Shown here one piece after another: positions 1 to 9,071 of a stretch of DNA of 24,000 nucleotides. Positions within the stretch are counted from its first letter, which is position 1; each line of letters begins with the position of its first letter. The stretch is from Blastocatellia bacterium (GTDB taxonomy: Bacteria; Acidobacteriota; Blastocatellia; UBA7656): assembly GCA_035248905.1 (NCBI GenBank), contig DATFGX010000006.1, positions 85,696-109,695 on the forward strand. The letters are read 5' to 3'. The notes beneath the pieces are model-generated. The model made no database searches. It saw nothing but the letters and a program-made list of their open reading frames with translations, and was not told the DNA's origin. The position numbers and the translations under genes are program-made.

Positions 1-1652
1 ACACCATCCATGAAACCGGCAAAGACATATCGCTTTTCGCACTCGGCGACATCAACCAGCTCTTGCCGCCCGAACCCAGCCCATCCGACGAACTGGAAAG
101 GCTGGCGATCAGCGACACGGACGATGGCTTCACGGAAGCCGAAGACGCCAGCTTGATCGATGGCGCCGCTTTGCCTGCGGGGCTGGATGATGAGGAGCTT
201 GACCTGTCGCCGGGCCAGGCGGATCGGGCCTATGACCCCGTGCGGCTTTATATGCGCGAGATGGCTTCAGTGGCCCTGTTGACGCGTGAAGGCGAGATCA
301 CACTGGCGCGGCGCATCGAGCGCGGCAACCTGCGCGGCGTGCGCGCCGTTTCGCGTTCGCCGATCTGTGTCGAATACTTGCTCGAAATTGGCGAGCAGTT
401 GCGGCGCGGCAAGCTCGGCGTCCGCGAAGTCGCGGACTTCAGCGATCAGGATGGCGTCGACGAAGTGATGGTCGAAGCCTACCGCCTGCAAGCCCTGGCC
501 GACCTCGCGGTGATCAAGCGGAGCTACGCGAAAGCCACGCGACTCGCCGAGCGGCTGGCTGCCGAGCCGAAGCGTTCGACACGCCGGCGTAAGATTCATT
601 ACAACCTCTGCCGGGCGCGCGTCGAGCTGGGCCGAGGGATGCGGGCGCTCGACCTGACGCGCCATCAGCACACATACCTGGTCGGCTTGATCCGCCAGTC
701 GGTCGAAGCCGCGCGCCAAGCCAAACGTGATGTGGCGAAGGCGACCCAGCTTCTTGAAGCGCGGCGGCGCAATCAAGACGAGCGCGCCTTGAAGAAGAAT
801 TTGCGTGAGGCAAAACAGCGGTTCGCGGCGCTCGAAGCCCGGTGGCGCGTTAGCGTCAACGAAGTTGAGCGTTCGCTGTGGGCCATCGAGCGTGGCGAGT
901 TCGAAGCCAACGAAGCCAAGCGCGCATTAACCGAAGCCAACCTGCGGCTGGTCGTCTCCATCGCCAACAAATATTCGAACCGCGGCCTGCCGCTGCTCGA
1001 TCTGATTCAGGAAGGCAACATCGGCTTGCTGCGCGCCGTCGACAAGTTCGAGTGGCGGCACGGCTTCAAGTTCTCGACCTACGCGACGTGGTGGATTCGC
1101 CAGGCGATCACCCGCTCCATTGCCGACCAGGCGCGGACAATTCGCATTCCCGTTCATATGTTCGACACGATCACGCGGCTGACGCGGGCGACGCGGGCGC
1201 TGGTGCAGGAGCTGGGGCGCGAGCCGAGCTGCGAAGAGATCGCCGTGCGCATGGAATTGCCTGTCGACAAGGTGCGCACGATTCTGCGCATCGCCCAGCA
1301 GCCTGTGTCGCTTGAGACGCCGGTTGACGAAGAAGAGAATTCGCACCTCGGCGATTTCATCGAGGACAAGTCGAGCGTCAACCCTGCGGACGCCCTGATC
1401 GATCACAACCTGCGGCAAGCGACCGACGAAGCCTTGCGCATGCTGTCGCCGCGCGAAGAGAAAGTCATCAAGATGCGCTTCGGACTGTGCGCCAACGGCA
1501 ACGAGCACACGCTCGAAGAGGTCGGCCATCACTTCTCGATCACTCGCGAGCGCGTGCGCCAGATTGAAGCCAAGGCATTGCGCAAGCTGAGCCACGCGGC
1601 GCGCTCGCGCAAGCTGCGCTCGTTCGTTCCCGCCGCGCGTCTGTGCGGCTGA
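1..1652 (+). CDS. rpoD: RNA polymerase primary sigma factor (sigma-70 / RpoD), 5'-truncated by the window edge
   Basis: The reading frame is open from nt 3, with no stop and no ATG or GTG before the TTG at 63. The in-window N-terminus [27 protein letters not shown] resembles region 1.1. Region 1.2 is [10 protein letters not shown]. Region 2 is [59 protein letters not shown]. Region 4.2 is [27 protein letters not shown]. The stop is TGA at 1650-1652. Confidence 0.95.
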   Translation, partial: TIHETGKDISLFALGDINQLLPPEPSPSDELERLAISDTDDGFTEAEDASLIDGAALPAGLDDEELDLSPGQADRAYDPVRLYMREMASVALLTREGEITLARRIERGNLRGVRAVSRSPICVEYLLEIGEQLRRGKLGVREVADFSDQDGVDEVMVEAYRLQALADLAVIKRSYAKATRLAERLAAEPKRSTRRRKIHYNLCRARVELGRGMRALDLTRHQHTYLVGLIRQSVEAARQAKRDVAKATQLLEARRRNQDERALKKNLREAKQRFAALEARWRVSVNEVERSLWAIERGEFEANEAKRALTEANLRLVVSIANKYSNRGLPLLDLIQEGNIGLLRAVDKFEWRHGFKFSTYATWWIRQAITRSIADQARTIRIPVHMFDTITRLTRATRALVQELGREPSCEEIAVRMELPVDKVRTILRIAQQPVSLETPVDEEENSHLGDFIEDKSSVNPADALIDHNLRQATDEALRMLSPREEKVIKMRFGLCANGNEHTLEEVGHHFSITRERVRQIEAKALRKLSHAARSRKLRSFVPAARLCG

Positions 1653-1679
1653 TTTGACCGAACGTATCAACTTTCTGTC

Positions 1680-1725
1680 GGCAGGCCGAGGCGCTTGAGC
1701 AAGTGCCTGAGCCTCGGCTCCTGCC
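1680..1725 (+). terminator. Interrupted GC-rich hairpin 28 nt downstream of the rpoD stop; possible terminator without a U-tract
   Basis: GGCAGGCCGAGGC (1680-1692) pairs with GCCTCGG-CT-CCTGCC (1711-1725). That gives 13 bp with a 2-nt bulge. No T-run follows, so function is uncertain. Confidence 0.3.
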
Positions 1726-1853
1726 GCAGGCCATCCATCCTTAGATCAACTCCGAGCCACACCAGCCTCAAGCTCACCAAGGCCCGCATCGGGCGCTGCG
1801 ATTCGGGAAGAGCCGAATTCGTAGGCGCGTTTTGGCGGGCCGCGCATGGTCGC

Positions 1854-1881
1854 TTTAATAATTCTTTAATCACTTTTTAAT
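1854..1881 (+). promoter_or_regulatory. AT-rich tract with three TTTAAT direct repeats phased at 11 bp, upstream of the methyltransferase gene
   Basis: TTTAAT occurs at 1854-1859, 1865-1870 and 1876-1881. The tract TTTAATAATTCTTTAATCACTTTTTAAT sits in otherwise GC-rich DNA, about 110-140 nt upstream of the 1993/1996 start. Each copy matches the TATAAT -10 consensus at 5 of 6 positions. Confidence 0.3.
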
Positions 1882-1992
1882 CGCCCGTAAAGGACTTCGA
1901 CGACCCGTTCATAGTATCTTCCGCCAGGCGATGAGACGACTTGCAGCCGGTTCGCTCAGAACCGCGCAGCAGTCGCCAGATGAAAGGAGGAT

Positions 1993-3021
1993 GTGATGAG
2001 CACTACAAAGATTCGCCGGGCGCGAACGGACGAGCGACTATTCTGGGACTTGATCTTTGGCGGCCTGAATTATCATGCCGTGCTGGTCGCGCACCACCTC
2101 AAGCTCTTCGCGCTGATCGCCGCCGCGCCCGCGACGCTGACGGAGATTTGTGACTCGGCCAATCTACCGCGGCGACCGGCCAGGGCCATCCTGACGGCCT
2201 GTGTCGCGCTGGGGCTGCTCAAGGTCGAAGAGGAGCGCTACGCGCTCACAGAGGTCGCCGAAGATTACTTGATCGAAACCAGCCCCGCCTACTTCGGCAG
2301 CTTTCTCGACATGCTGATTGCCAACGACGCAGTGTTTTCTTTCGAGAGCATGAAGCGAGCCGTGCAGACGAACGCGCCCCAGGTGTATGGCGGCGAAGAG
2401 TTGTTCCAGTCCCACGAAGCGCAGGCGGCGCTCGCCCGCGCCTTCACGCTGGGGATGCACGGCCACAGCGCCGGCGCGGCGTTCGCCTGGCCTGAGATCA
2501 TCGATCTGTCCGCCCATCGAATGATGCTCGACATTGGCGGCGGCTCAGGCATCCACGCCATCGGCGCGATGTTGCGCTGGCCCGACCTGCAAGCCACAGT
2601 CATAGACATGCCGCCGGTCTGCGAAGTGGCCGAAGAATTCGCCGCGCGCTACCACCTGCAAGACCGCATGCGGACGGCTGCCGGCGATATGTGGGAAGAC
2701 CCGCTCCCGGCGGCGGACGCTCATTTTTACGCGGACATCTTTCACGACTGGCCGCCGGAGAGATGCCGCTTTCTGACGAAGAAGAGTTTCGAGCAGCTTC
2801 CCGCAGGGGGGCGCATCATTCTTCACGAGATGCTGTATGACGACGCGAAGACGGGGCCGGCGCACACCGCAGCCTACAGCGTGGCCATGCTGTTGTGGAC
2901 TGAAGGACAGCAATACTCAGGTCGCGAGCTGCGGTCGCTGCTCGCCGAAGCCGGGTTCACCGACATTGAAGTCAAGCCGAGCTTCGGCTATTGGAGTATC
3001 GTCACGGGCGTGAAGCCATAA
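1993..3021 (+). CDS. Class I SAM-dependent O-methyltransferase, family 2 (Methyltransf_2-like with an N-terminal winged-helix/dimerisation region); substrate unknown
   Basis: The SAM-binding motif is LDIGGGSGIHAIGAMLRWPDLQATVIDMP, followed by DIFHDWPPERC and GGRIILHEM, which are typical of the plant/bacterial OMT family. AAGGAGG at 1984-1990 precedes GTG 1993 and ATG 1996. ATG 1996 is equally plausible as the start. Confidence 0.85.
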   Translation: MMSTTKIRRARTDERLFWDLIFGGLNYHAVLVAHHLKLFALIAAAPATLTEICDSANLPRRPARAILTACVALGLLKVEEERYALTEVAEDYLIETSPAYFGSFLDMLIANDAVFSFESMKRAVQTNAPQVYGGEELFQSHEAQAALARAFTLGMHGHSAGAAFAWPEIIDLSAHRMMLDIGGGSGIHAIGAMLRWPDLQATVIDMPPVCEVAEEFAARYHLQDRMRTAAGDMWEDPLPAADAHFYADIFHDWPPERCRFLTKKSFEQLPAGGRIILHEMLYDDAKTGPAHTAAYSVAMLLWTEGQQYSGRELRSLLAEAGFTDIEVKPSFGYWSIVTGVKP

Positions 3022-3023
3022 AG

Positions 3024-3049
3024 TGTAGGGGCTTGCCCCTGCCCCTACA
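3024..3049. repeat. GTAG-headed palindrome (TGTAGGGGC-ttgcccct-GCCCCTACA) between convergent genes; REP-like, possibly a bidirectional terminator
   Basis: A 9-bp perfect stem joins 3024-3032 and 3041-3049. The element starts 3 nt after the methyltransferase stop and ends 28 nt before the end of the minus-strand gene. Its termini are identical to those of the 22161-22257 element. Confidence 0.6.
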
Positions 3050-3077
3050 AACTCATCCCATCTACTTCTTATTTACC

Positions 3078-4049
3078 TTACTTTTCGTTGCGCGCGCGAA
3101 AGCTCAGGTTCTTCGTCGCCGACAGGAACATCAATCGCGAATAGCGCTCGAACTGGTCGCGGTTGTCGGTCGTCAGGCTCGACAGCGCGACGGGCCGATA
3201 GGTGATGCCTGTGCGTTTTAAGCCGCGCGCTTCGTTGTGCGTGCGCTCAGGCCAGGCGCGCGCCAGCAAGCGCCGCAGGCGCGCGAAATCTTCGTCAACG
3301 ACAGCTTGCGGCGCGGCCTTTTCGAGCGCGTGTAGCGCCGCATGAAAATTCAGCTCGGCGCGAAACGATAGCGGCGTCACCAGTCCCGAATAATCGAAGC
3401 CGTCGGCGCGCAAACGAAAGCTCGCTTCCAATGAGGTGCCGTAGACATCGAGCAAGACTTCATCGGAACGGAACTCCGCTGTCTCTAACACGCTTGCCGA
3501 CTGCGTGCGCATGCCGCGCAGCCCTTCCGAATAATCGACGCGGTTCTGGCGCAGCGAGCCGAGAACCATCGCACGAATGTTGCTTGCGGCCAGGGTCAAC
3601 GCGCCGCCGCTGTATTGCACGATGAGTTCGCCATCCTTGAGTTGAATGCGCCGGGCGCGGATCAATTCGCACTCGACGGCCAGCTCTTCGTCGGCGACGA
3701 TGAAAGCCGCCAGCCCGCAATCGTGCACCAGCCCGGCGATCATCTCGGCCTCTTGCCGCGTCTGCGACCGCGCGATGGGCAGGCGCTTGTTGGCCGCGAG
3801 CAGCTCGCCGGCTTCACTGAGTTCGAGCTTGAGCGCCGCCGCCAGCGCGGCGATGGCCGCTTCGTCAACCGCCGTGCGCGGCGGTTCGAGGATGGTGTTG
3901 AAGGCGAGTTCGGCGGCGTCCAGGTTGCGTTGCAGCGGCGCGCTGGTCAGCTTGCTGATCGGCAGCGTCTCGCCGCAATAGATGCAGGTGCCGCGCGCTG
4001 CCGCCGTGCGCCGCCGGCAACGTGGGCAGTTGGTCACGTCTTGATTCAA
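3078..4049 (-). CDS. Hypothetical protein with an N-terminal CxxC-x(n)-CxxC zinc ribbon
   Basis: A 323-aa ORF with coding-like composition. The N-terminus is MNQDVTNCPRCRRRTAAARGTCIYCGETL. I recognise no family in the remaining roughly 290 aa. The start is TTG at 4049, so the exact start is uncertain; GTG four codons downstream is possible. Confidence 0.7.
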   Translation of the reverse strand: MNQDVTNCPRCRRRTAAARGTCIYCGETLPISKLTSAPLQRNLDAAELAFNTILEPPRTAVDEAAIAALAAALKLELSEAGELLAANKRLPIARSQTRQEAEMIAGLVHDCGLAAFIVADEELAVECELIRARRIQLKDGELIVQYSGGALTLAASNIRAMVLGSLRQNRVDYSEGLRGMRTQSASVLETAEFRSDEVLLDVYGTSLEASFRLRADGFDYSGLVTPLSFRAELNFHAALHALEKAAPQAVVDEDFARLRRLLARAWPERTHNEARGLKRTGITYRPVALSSLTTDNRDQFERYSRLMFLSATKNLSFRARNEK

Positions 4050-4124
4050 GGTTGTCTCGCTTTCACCTTCAGGAGTCGGTGGGGCTGCGGCGATTATACC
4101 ACAGCCGTGCTAAGATTCGCTTGA

Positions 4125-5900
4125 ATGAATCTGCGCGATTGGCTCACTCGAAAGAACCTCATCATCGCAGCCGTCGTCTTTGCGTTGCTTGTCGCGACCG
4201 CTTGCTACTTCGCTTTGCGCAGGCCGCAGCCCGTCGCAATGGAGCGTTACGTTGCCGCCTCGTCGCTCGCTTATCTTGAAGTCAACAACCTCGCCGATGT
4301 CGTTGATGGCTTGACCAACACGCAGGCGTGGCGCGAGCTGGGGCCGGCGCTGGGGCTGTCGAGCCAGCTCCGACAGATCGGCTTGATGGCCGACCTCGTC
4401 GGGCGCACGGGGCTTGGCCCCGAAGAAGCGGTGCTCGCGGGCCGCGCCCAGTTGGCGCTGGCGCTCACGGACGTTGAAGCGCAGACCGGCCAGACCGACG
4501 AAGGCCCTTACCTGCATTTCAAGCCGCGCCTGGCGCTCGTTATCGAAACCCATGCGCGACCGGCGACCGCCGCTCGCCTCGTTGGTGAGCGCGCGATTAT
4601 CGTCGCGCAAAGAATCTATGGCATGGGCGTTGACCAGGAAGAGCAAGCGTATCAGGGCACGCGGCTACTCGTCTTTCGTGGCGCGAACCCCGACCGCCCG
4701 CTGGTCGCGGCGGCGATTGGTTCGGTGATCGTGTTGACCAATCACCTCGACGCCATGAAGACGACGCTCGACACGATAGCCGGGCGGGCGCCGTCGCTCG
4801 CCGAAGATGCGACGCTCGCACGGCTCAAGCCCGACGTTGCCACGGGCGCCGCGGTCAACGCCTTTATCACCGAGACCGGCATCAATAAATTGATCGCCCT
4901 CGTGCCGCCGCTGGCCGCCAGCCGCTACGCCGCAGAGCCTGAGACGGTCGCTTCATTCACCAGCCTGCTTGAGCACATGGCCAGCCAAGCGGTTGCCGGC
5001 CTGCTCTACAGCGCCGAGTTCAAAGACGGCGGCGTCGTTGATCGTTACCTCACGGCGCTGAAGCCGGGCATCGGTGAAGCCCTGGCCGAAGCCCTGAAAC
5101 CGGCTCAGGCAGCCGGATTCAAGTCGCCGCAATTGATCCCGCGCGGGGCCGAAGAGCTGACGCTCTTGAACATCGAGCGCGCCGGCGAATTGCCAGAGCG
5201 CGCTTTGAAGCAGCTTGCGCCGCACGTTGACCTGGTCGCCGGCCTGGCGCTGCGCGAGTTCGTCATCAACCTGCGCAAGCAGTACGGCATCGAAGGCGGC
5301 GAGTCGATCGGCGATGCCGTCGGTCATGAAATCGCCCTGGTCAACCTGGGCGACGGCGGCTCGCAGGCCATGCTCATCAGTGTCAAAGACAAAGACCGGC
5401 TTGCGCCGTTCATCGCGCGTTACCTGTCGCGCGGCGACGCCAAGGTCACGACCGAAAACGTCGGCGGCACAGAGCTGCGGGTGTCGTCGAATGAAGATAA
5501 TCGGGCCGCCGCTTTCATCGGCAGCTTTCTCGTCCTGGCGACGCGGCAACAGATCAATCAGATGATGGAGGCGCAAGCCGCCGGCGGCGTGATCGCAGCG
5601 GATGAAAGATTACAAACGGCAATCGGGCAGCGACCGCCGGGCGCAGGCGTCGTGTCGTTGAAGCCTGCGGACCGGCGTGCCGGCGAATTGTTGCTCGTGG
5701 TCTCAAAGCTGACACGCGTGACCGACGGCTCGCGCGAGCTGCTGGAGCAGGAGCGCGTGCGCCAGGTCTTGGACAGCCTGCCGCCGACTGTCGGTTTCAC
5801 GGAGTTCCGCGCTTATGGAATCTACAGCGAAACGCATTCGGCCATCGGCAACTTCGGCCTGCTGGCTGCGCTCGCCGGCGGCGCGGAACCCGAGAAGTGA
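4125..5900 (+). CDS. Signal-anchored hypothetical protein, DUF3352-like architecture (tentative)
   Basis: A 591-aa ORF starting at ATG. The N-terminal hydrophobic anchor is NLIIAAVVFALLVATACYF. Motifs are shared with the 20257-22134 product, for example AAAIGSVIVLTNHLDAMKTTL and AAFIGSFLVLATRQQ. Confidence 0.8.
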   Translation: MNLRDWLTRKNLIIAAVVFALLVATACYFALRRPQPVAMERYVAASSLAYLEVNNLADVVDGLTNTQAWRELGPALGLSSQLRQIGLMADLVGRTGLGPEEAVLAGRAQLALALTDVEAQTGQTDEGPYLHFKPRLALVIETHARPATAARLVGERAIIVAQRIYGMGVDQEEQAYQGTRLLVFRGANPDRPLVAAAIGSVIVLTNHLDAMKTTLDTIAGRAPSLAEDATLARLKPDVATGAAVNAFITETGINKLIALVPPLAASRYAAEPETVASFTSLLEHMASQAVAGLLYSAEFKDGGVVDRYLTALKPGIGEALAEALKPAQAAGFKSPQLIPRGAEELTLLNIERAGELPERALKQLAPHVDLVAGLALREFVINLRKQYGIEGGESIGDAVGHEIALVNLGDGGSQAMLISVKDKDRLAPFIARYLSRGDAKVTTENVGGTELRVSSNEDNRAAAFIGSFLVLATRQQINQMMEAQAAGGVIAADERLQTAIGQRPPGAGVVSLKPADRRAGELLLVVSKLTRVTDGSRELLEQERVRQVLDSLPPTVGFTEFRAYGIYSETHSAIGNFGLLAALAGGAEPEK

Positions 5901-6001
5901 GCGAGCGTGATAGCCGCGATGCACATCCGTAGTAGCCACATTGTCGGGTGCATTGTGTGGGGCTAACGTTGACAAGCAGGAATGCTTCGACGGACGAGCC
6001 G

Positions 6002-6787
6002 CTACTGCCGGCGGCCTTCGGCTTTGACAGTCTCGGTGGGAATGCCTGTGGCGGATTTGCGGCGGCGGCGGCGCAGGATGCGCACGCGGCGGCGCTCGCG
6101 CACTTCGATGCGGTCGCGCACCTTGCCATAGAACTTGGTGAAGTAGTCCACCATTGACCAGAGCGCGAAAAAGACGACGACCCACAACATCGCACGGCCC
6201 GCGCCGTAACAGAGGACGCGGAAGTCATCAAGCGTCATCGCCCGATTGCTGATAACCGCGCCGAGCGTGCGCGCCGATTCGGCGAACGACGCGAAGGCAA
6301 TTTCGGGCTGCACGTGTGGCGGCGGCTGCAAGCCCGATGGGCCGCCCGGCACGCTGCCGCTGATCAGCAAGGTGATGGCGATTACCTGCGTCAACATCTT
6401 GAACTTGCCTTTCATCGAGGCGCTGATCGTAAAGCCTTCAGCCGAGGCAATCGAGCGCAGGCCGGTGACGGCGAATTCGCGACCGATGATGATGACGATG
6501 GCCCAGGCCGGGGCGATGCGGTTTTCGACCAGCGAGATCAGCGCCGCCGAGATCAGCAGCTTGTCGGCGATGGGGTCGAGCAGGATGCCGAGGGTTGAGA
6601 CCTGGCCGCGCTTGCGCGCCAGGTAGCCGTCGAGCCAGTCGGTAATCGACGCGCCGATGAACAGCAACAGGCCGAAGAACTGTTGCGGCACGTCGAACCA
6701 GTCGCTGGGGAACTTCGTCAGCAGGACGACGACCAGCAGCGGAACGATGAAGATTCTGGAGAGCGTGAGCGCGTTCGGCAGATTCAA
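6002..6787 (-). CDS. pgsA: CDP-diacylglycerol--glycerol-3-phosphate 3-phosphatidyltransferase (CDP-alcohol phosphatidyltransferase family)
   Basis: The sequence matches the signature DG-x2-AR-x8-G-x3-D-x3-D exactly: DGYLARKRGQVSTLGILLDPIAD. It has a multi-TM profile and a PgsA-like last helix, MLWVVVFFALWSMVDYF. The start is TTG at 6787. At 261 aa it is longer than typical PgsA. Confidence 0.9.
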   Translation of the reverse strand: MNLPNALTLSRIFIVPLLVVVLLTKFPSDWFDVPQQFFGLLLFIGASITDWLDGYLARKRGQVSTLGILLDPIADKLLISAALISLVENRIAPAWAIVIIIGREFAVTGLRSIASAEGFTISASMKGKFKMLTQVIAITLLISGSVPGGPSGLQPPPHVQPEIAFASFAESARTLGAVISNRAMTLDDFRVLCYGAGRAMLWVVVFFALWSMVDYFTKFYGKVRDRIEVRERRRVRILRRRRRKSATGIPTETVKAEGRRQ

Positions 6788-7067
6788 GCGACTATTCCTG
6801 AGCCGGTTTCGCGGGCACGAAAACCAACTGCGTTGTGATCAAAATGAGCGCGAGCCGCACACCTTTTGTTGGCAAGTTGACTATATTGGCGGCCGACGAT
6901 GGTTGTCAAGAACCGACCGCCGTTAGTCGTTAGCCGTTTTTCAATTTGCCGCATCTAAGGCATCGTCAAGCAGGTGGGGGCAAATTTAATCTAGCGTCAC
7001 GCCGGCAGCCTGTGCGACACTGCGCAGTCTGCGTTTATCATTCTCTGAGTTTTCAAACGGGTCTTCG

Positions 7068-9071
7068 ATGCTGAACTGGAGCAAGCGTCTATTCAACCGG
7101 CGCGGCGCATTCATCGCCGCGGGCGTTGCGATTCTCCTCGTGCTCGCGGGGTTGTTGATTTACCTGCTCAGGCTGAATCGCCACCTCAGCGCCGAGCAGG
7201 AAGCCGAGGCCGCTGCCCACAACGTCAGCGTCGAAGAGACGCGGTTGCGCGCGCCGGCGATGGACGGCGTCACGCTCTATTTGAATGCCGCCGACGCGCG
7301 AGCGACTGCCTTGTTTGCCGGCACGCGCTACCTGGCGACTTCGGGCGGGCTGGTGGCGCTCGATGAAGGCGGGGCGGTCAAACGCCGCTTTACCACCGCG
7401 GATGGCTTGAGCGACAACGACCTGACGGCGCTCGCGGTCTTTCGTGATCGGCTCTTCATCGGCACGGCGAGTAGCGGCTTGATGGCGTTTGATGGCAACG
7501 GCTTCACCGGCTATCGCTTCGTCAAGCCGAAGGCGACGCGGGTAAGCGTGCTCACAGCGACCGAAAGCGAGTTGTTGATCGGCACGCTCGACGGCGGGCT
7601 GTTCGAGTTTAATGGAGATCGTTTCACGCGCCGCTTCAATTCGGCTCTGGGAGCCGATTTCACGCGCGTGACCGGGTTGCTGCCGCTGGCTTCAAGGCTC
7701 TACATCGGCACGCAGGACGGCGGGCTTTACATCTGGCGCGAAGGTCACATCGAACACCTGACGACAAACGAAGGCATGCCGTCGCCCCGCGTCACAGGGC
7801 TTGCCGTGTTGCCTGCGCGCGAGGCGCAGTACGGCGCGCTCGCGGTCGCAACCGACTTCGGCGTCATCGGCCTGAGCGACGCGGGCGAAGTCAAACCCAT
7901 CACCGGTCGGCCAAACGTGACCTCGATTACGGTCATCGGCGAGCGGCTGTTTGCCGGCTTGTTCAGCGGCGGCGTCTTCGACGTGAGCGCCGAACGAACG
8001 CGCGCGAACACGGCTGAATCGCGCACCAGTCAGTCGGAAACGCCGGGCCTGCCGGCGGGCGTGCCGGCGGTGGTCTTTGCCGATGAAGGCGGTTTGTGGG
8101 CGCTGACGCGTGCCGGCGCTTTCGTGCGCGAGGCGAAGCCCGCCGGCCCCGCCTTTGATCCCGTGGCGGCGTCGCTTGTGAACGAGCGCGTCGTCACCGG
8201 CGATCACATCACCAGCGTCGCGCTCGACGGCGCGGGCCAGCTCTGGCTCGGCTACTTCGACCATGGCGCTGATGTGATTGCGCCGGAGACCGGCGAGCGC
8301 CTGGCGCACGTCGAAGACGACCGCGTCCGCGAAGTGAACTTCATTACTTTTGACCCGGCGTCGGGGCAGACGCTGATTGCCACGTCGCGCGGCCTGGTGC
8401 GCATCGATGGGCGGAGAGAGCAGAACGTCTTGACCCGTGAAAAGAATGGCTTGATCAACGACGCGATTGCGCACGTCTCGTTGATGCCGGCAAACGCGGG
8501 CGTCGCGGCTGCGACGGTGCTGGCGACGGCGGGCGGGCTGACAGAGATCGCCGGCGGGCGTGCGCGGTCGCTGACTTCGTTTCACGGCCTGGCGAGCAAT
8601 CATCTCTACACGTCGGCGGTCGCCGGCTCGCGGCTCTTTGTCGGCAGCCTCGCAGGGCTGATCGAGCTTGAAGGCTTGCGCGTCGTGCGGACGTACAAGA
8701 CATCGAACTCGCACCTCTCGCACGACTGGGTGACGGCGCTGGCGGAAGCCGACGGCACGCTTTACATCGGCACGAATGGCGGCGGCGTAGACGCCTTGCT
8801 GCCTACGGGCGAGTGGATCAGCTTTGCCAATGATCGTGACATTGGCAAATTCGAAGTCAATCAAAACGCCATGTATTTTGACGGCGAGCGCCTCTACGTC
8901 GGCACTGGCGATAAGGGCTTGTTGGTATATAATACGCGCGCGCGGAGTTGGAAGCGACTCAGCGCCGGCCTCCCGTCGCCAAGCGTGACGGCCATCACGA
9001 GCGACGACCGCTACGTTTATGTTGGCACAATGAACGGTCTCGCGCGCGTCGAGAAGCGCGTTATCGGATAG
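7068..9071 (+). CDS. Single-pass membrane-anchored beta-propeller protein built from Reg_prop-type (two-component regulator propeller) repeats, with no output domain
   Basis: A 667-aa ORF. The N-terminal anchor is AFIAAGVAILLVLAGLLIYLL. More than 10 blade motifs of the form [LVI][FYW][IV]GTxxGG[LV] occur, for example LFIGTASSGLMAF, LLIGTLDGGLFEF, LYIGTQDGGLYIW, LYIGTNGGGVDAL, LYVGTGDKGLLVY and VYVGTMNGLARV. Confidence 0.85.
   Translation: MLNWSKRLFNRRGAFIAAGVAILLVLAGLLIYLLRLNRHLSAEQEAEAAAHNVSVEETRLRAPAMDGVTLYLNAADARATALFAGTRYLATSGGLVALDEGGAVKRRFTTADGLSDNDLTALAVFRDRLFIGTASSGLMAFDGNGFTGYRFVKPKATRVSVLTATESELLIGTLDGGLFEFNGDRFTRRFNSALGADFTRVTGLLPLASRLYIGTQDGGLYIWREGHIEHLTTNEGMPSPRVTGLAVLPAREAQYGALAVATDFGVIGLSDAGEVKPITGRPNVTSITVIGERLFAGLFSGGVFDVSAERTRANTAESRTSQSETPGLPAGVPAVVFADEGGLWALTRAGAFVREAKPAGPAFDPVAASLVNERVVTGDHITSVALDGAGQLWLGYFDHGADVIAPETGERLAHVEDDRVREVNFITFDPASGQTLIATSRGLVRIDGRREQNVLTREKNGLINDAIAHVSLMPANAGVAAATVLATAGGLTEIAGGRARSLTSFHGLASNHLYTSAVAGSRLFVGSLAGLIELEGLRVVRTYKTSNSHLSHDWVTALAEADGTLYIGTNGGGVDALLPTGEWISFANDRDIGKFEVNQNAMYFDGERLYVGTGDKGLLVYNTRARSWKRLSAGLPSPSVTAITSDDRYVYVGTMNGLARVEKRVIG

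Noticed and set aside
1667-1880. Small ORFs (68 aa on the minus strand, 61 aa on the plus strand) in the spacer between rpoD and the methyltransferase.
   Set aside because: They have no RBS. They contain many AGG and TTG codons, which look unusual next to the well-supported genes in this window. They overlap a hairpin and the AT-rich tract. Nothing resembles a known small protein. A small gene or sRNA cannot be fully excluded.
5901-6001. A terminator between the convergent 4125-5900 gene and pgsA.
   Set aside because: Only weak 5-6-bp stems with long loops are present (ATGCAC...GTGCAT and CCACA...TGTGG), and there is no T-run. This is not convincing.
7019-7028. A 10-bp perfect palindrome, ACTGCGCAGT, upstream of the propeller gene, considered as a candidate operator.
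   Set aside because: Perfect 10-bp palindromes are expected roughly twenty times by chance in 24 kb. Nothing else singles this one out.
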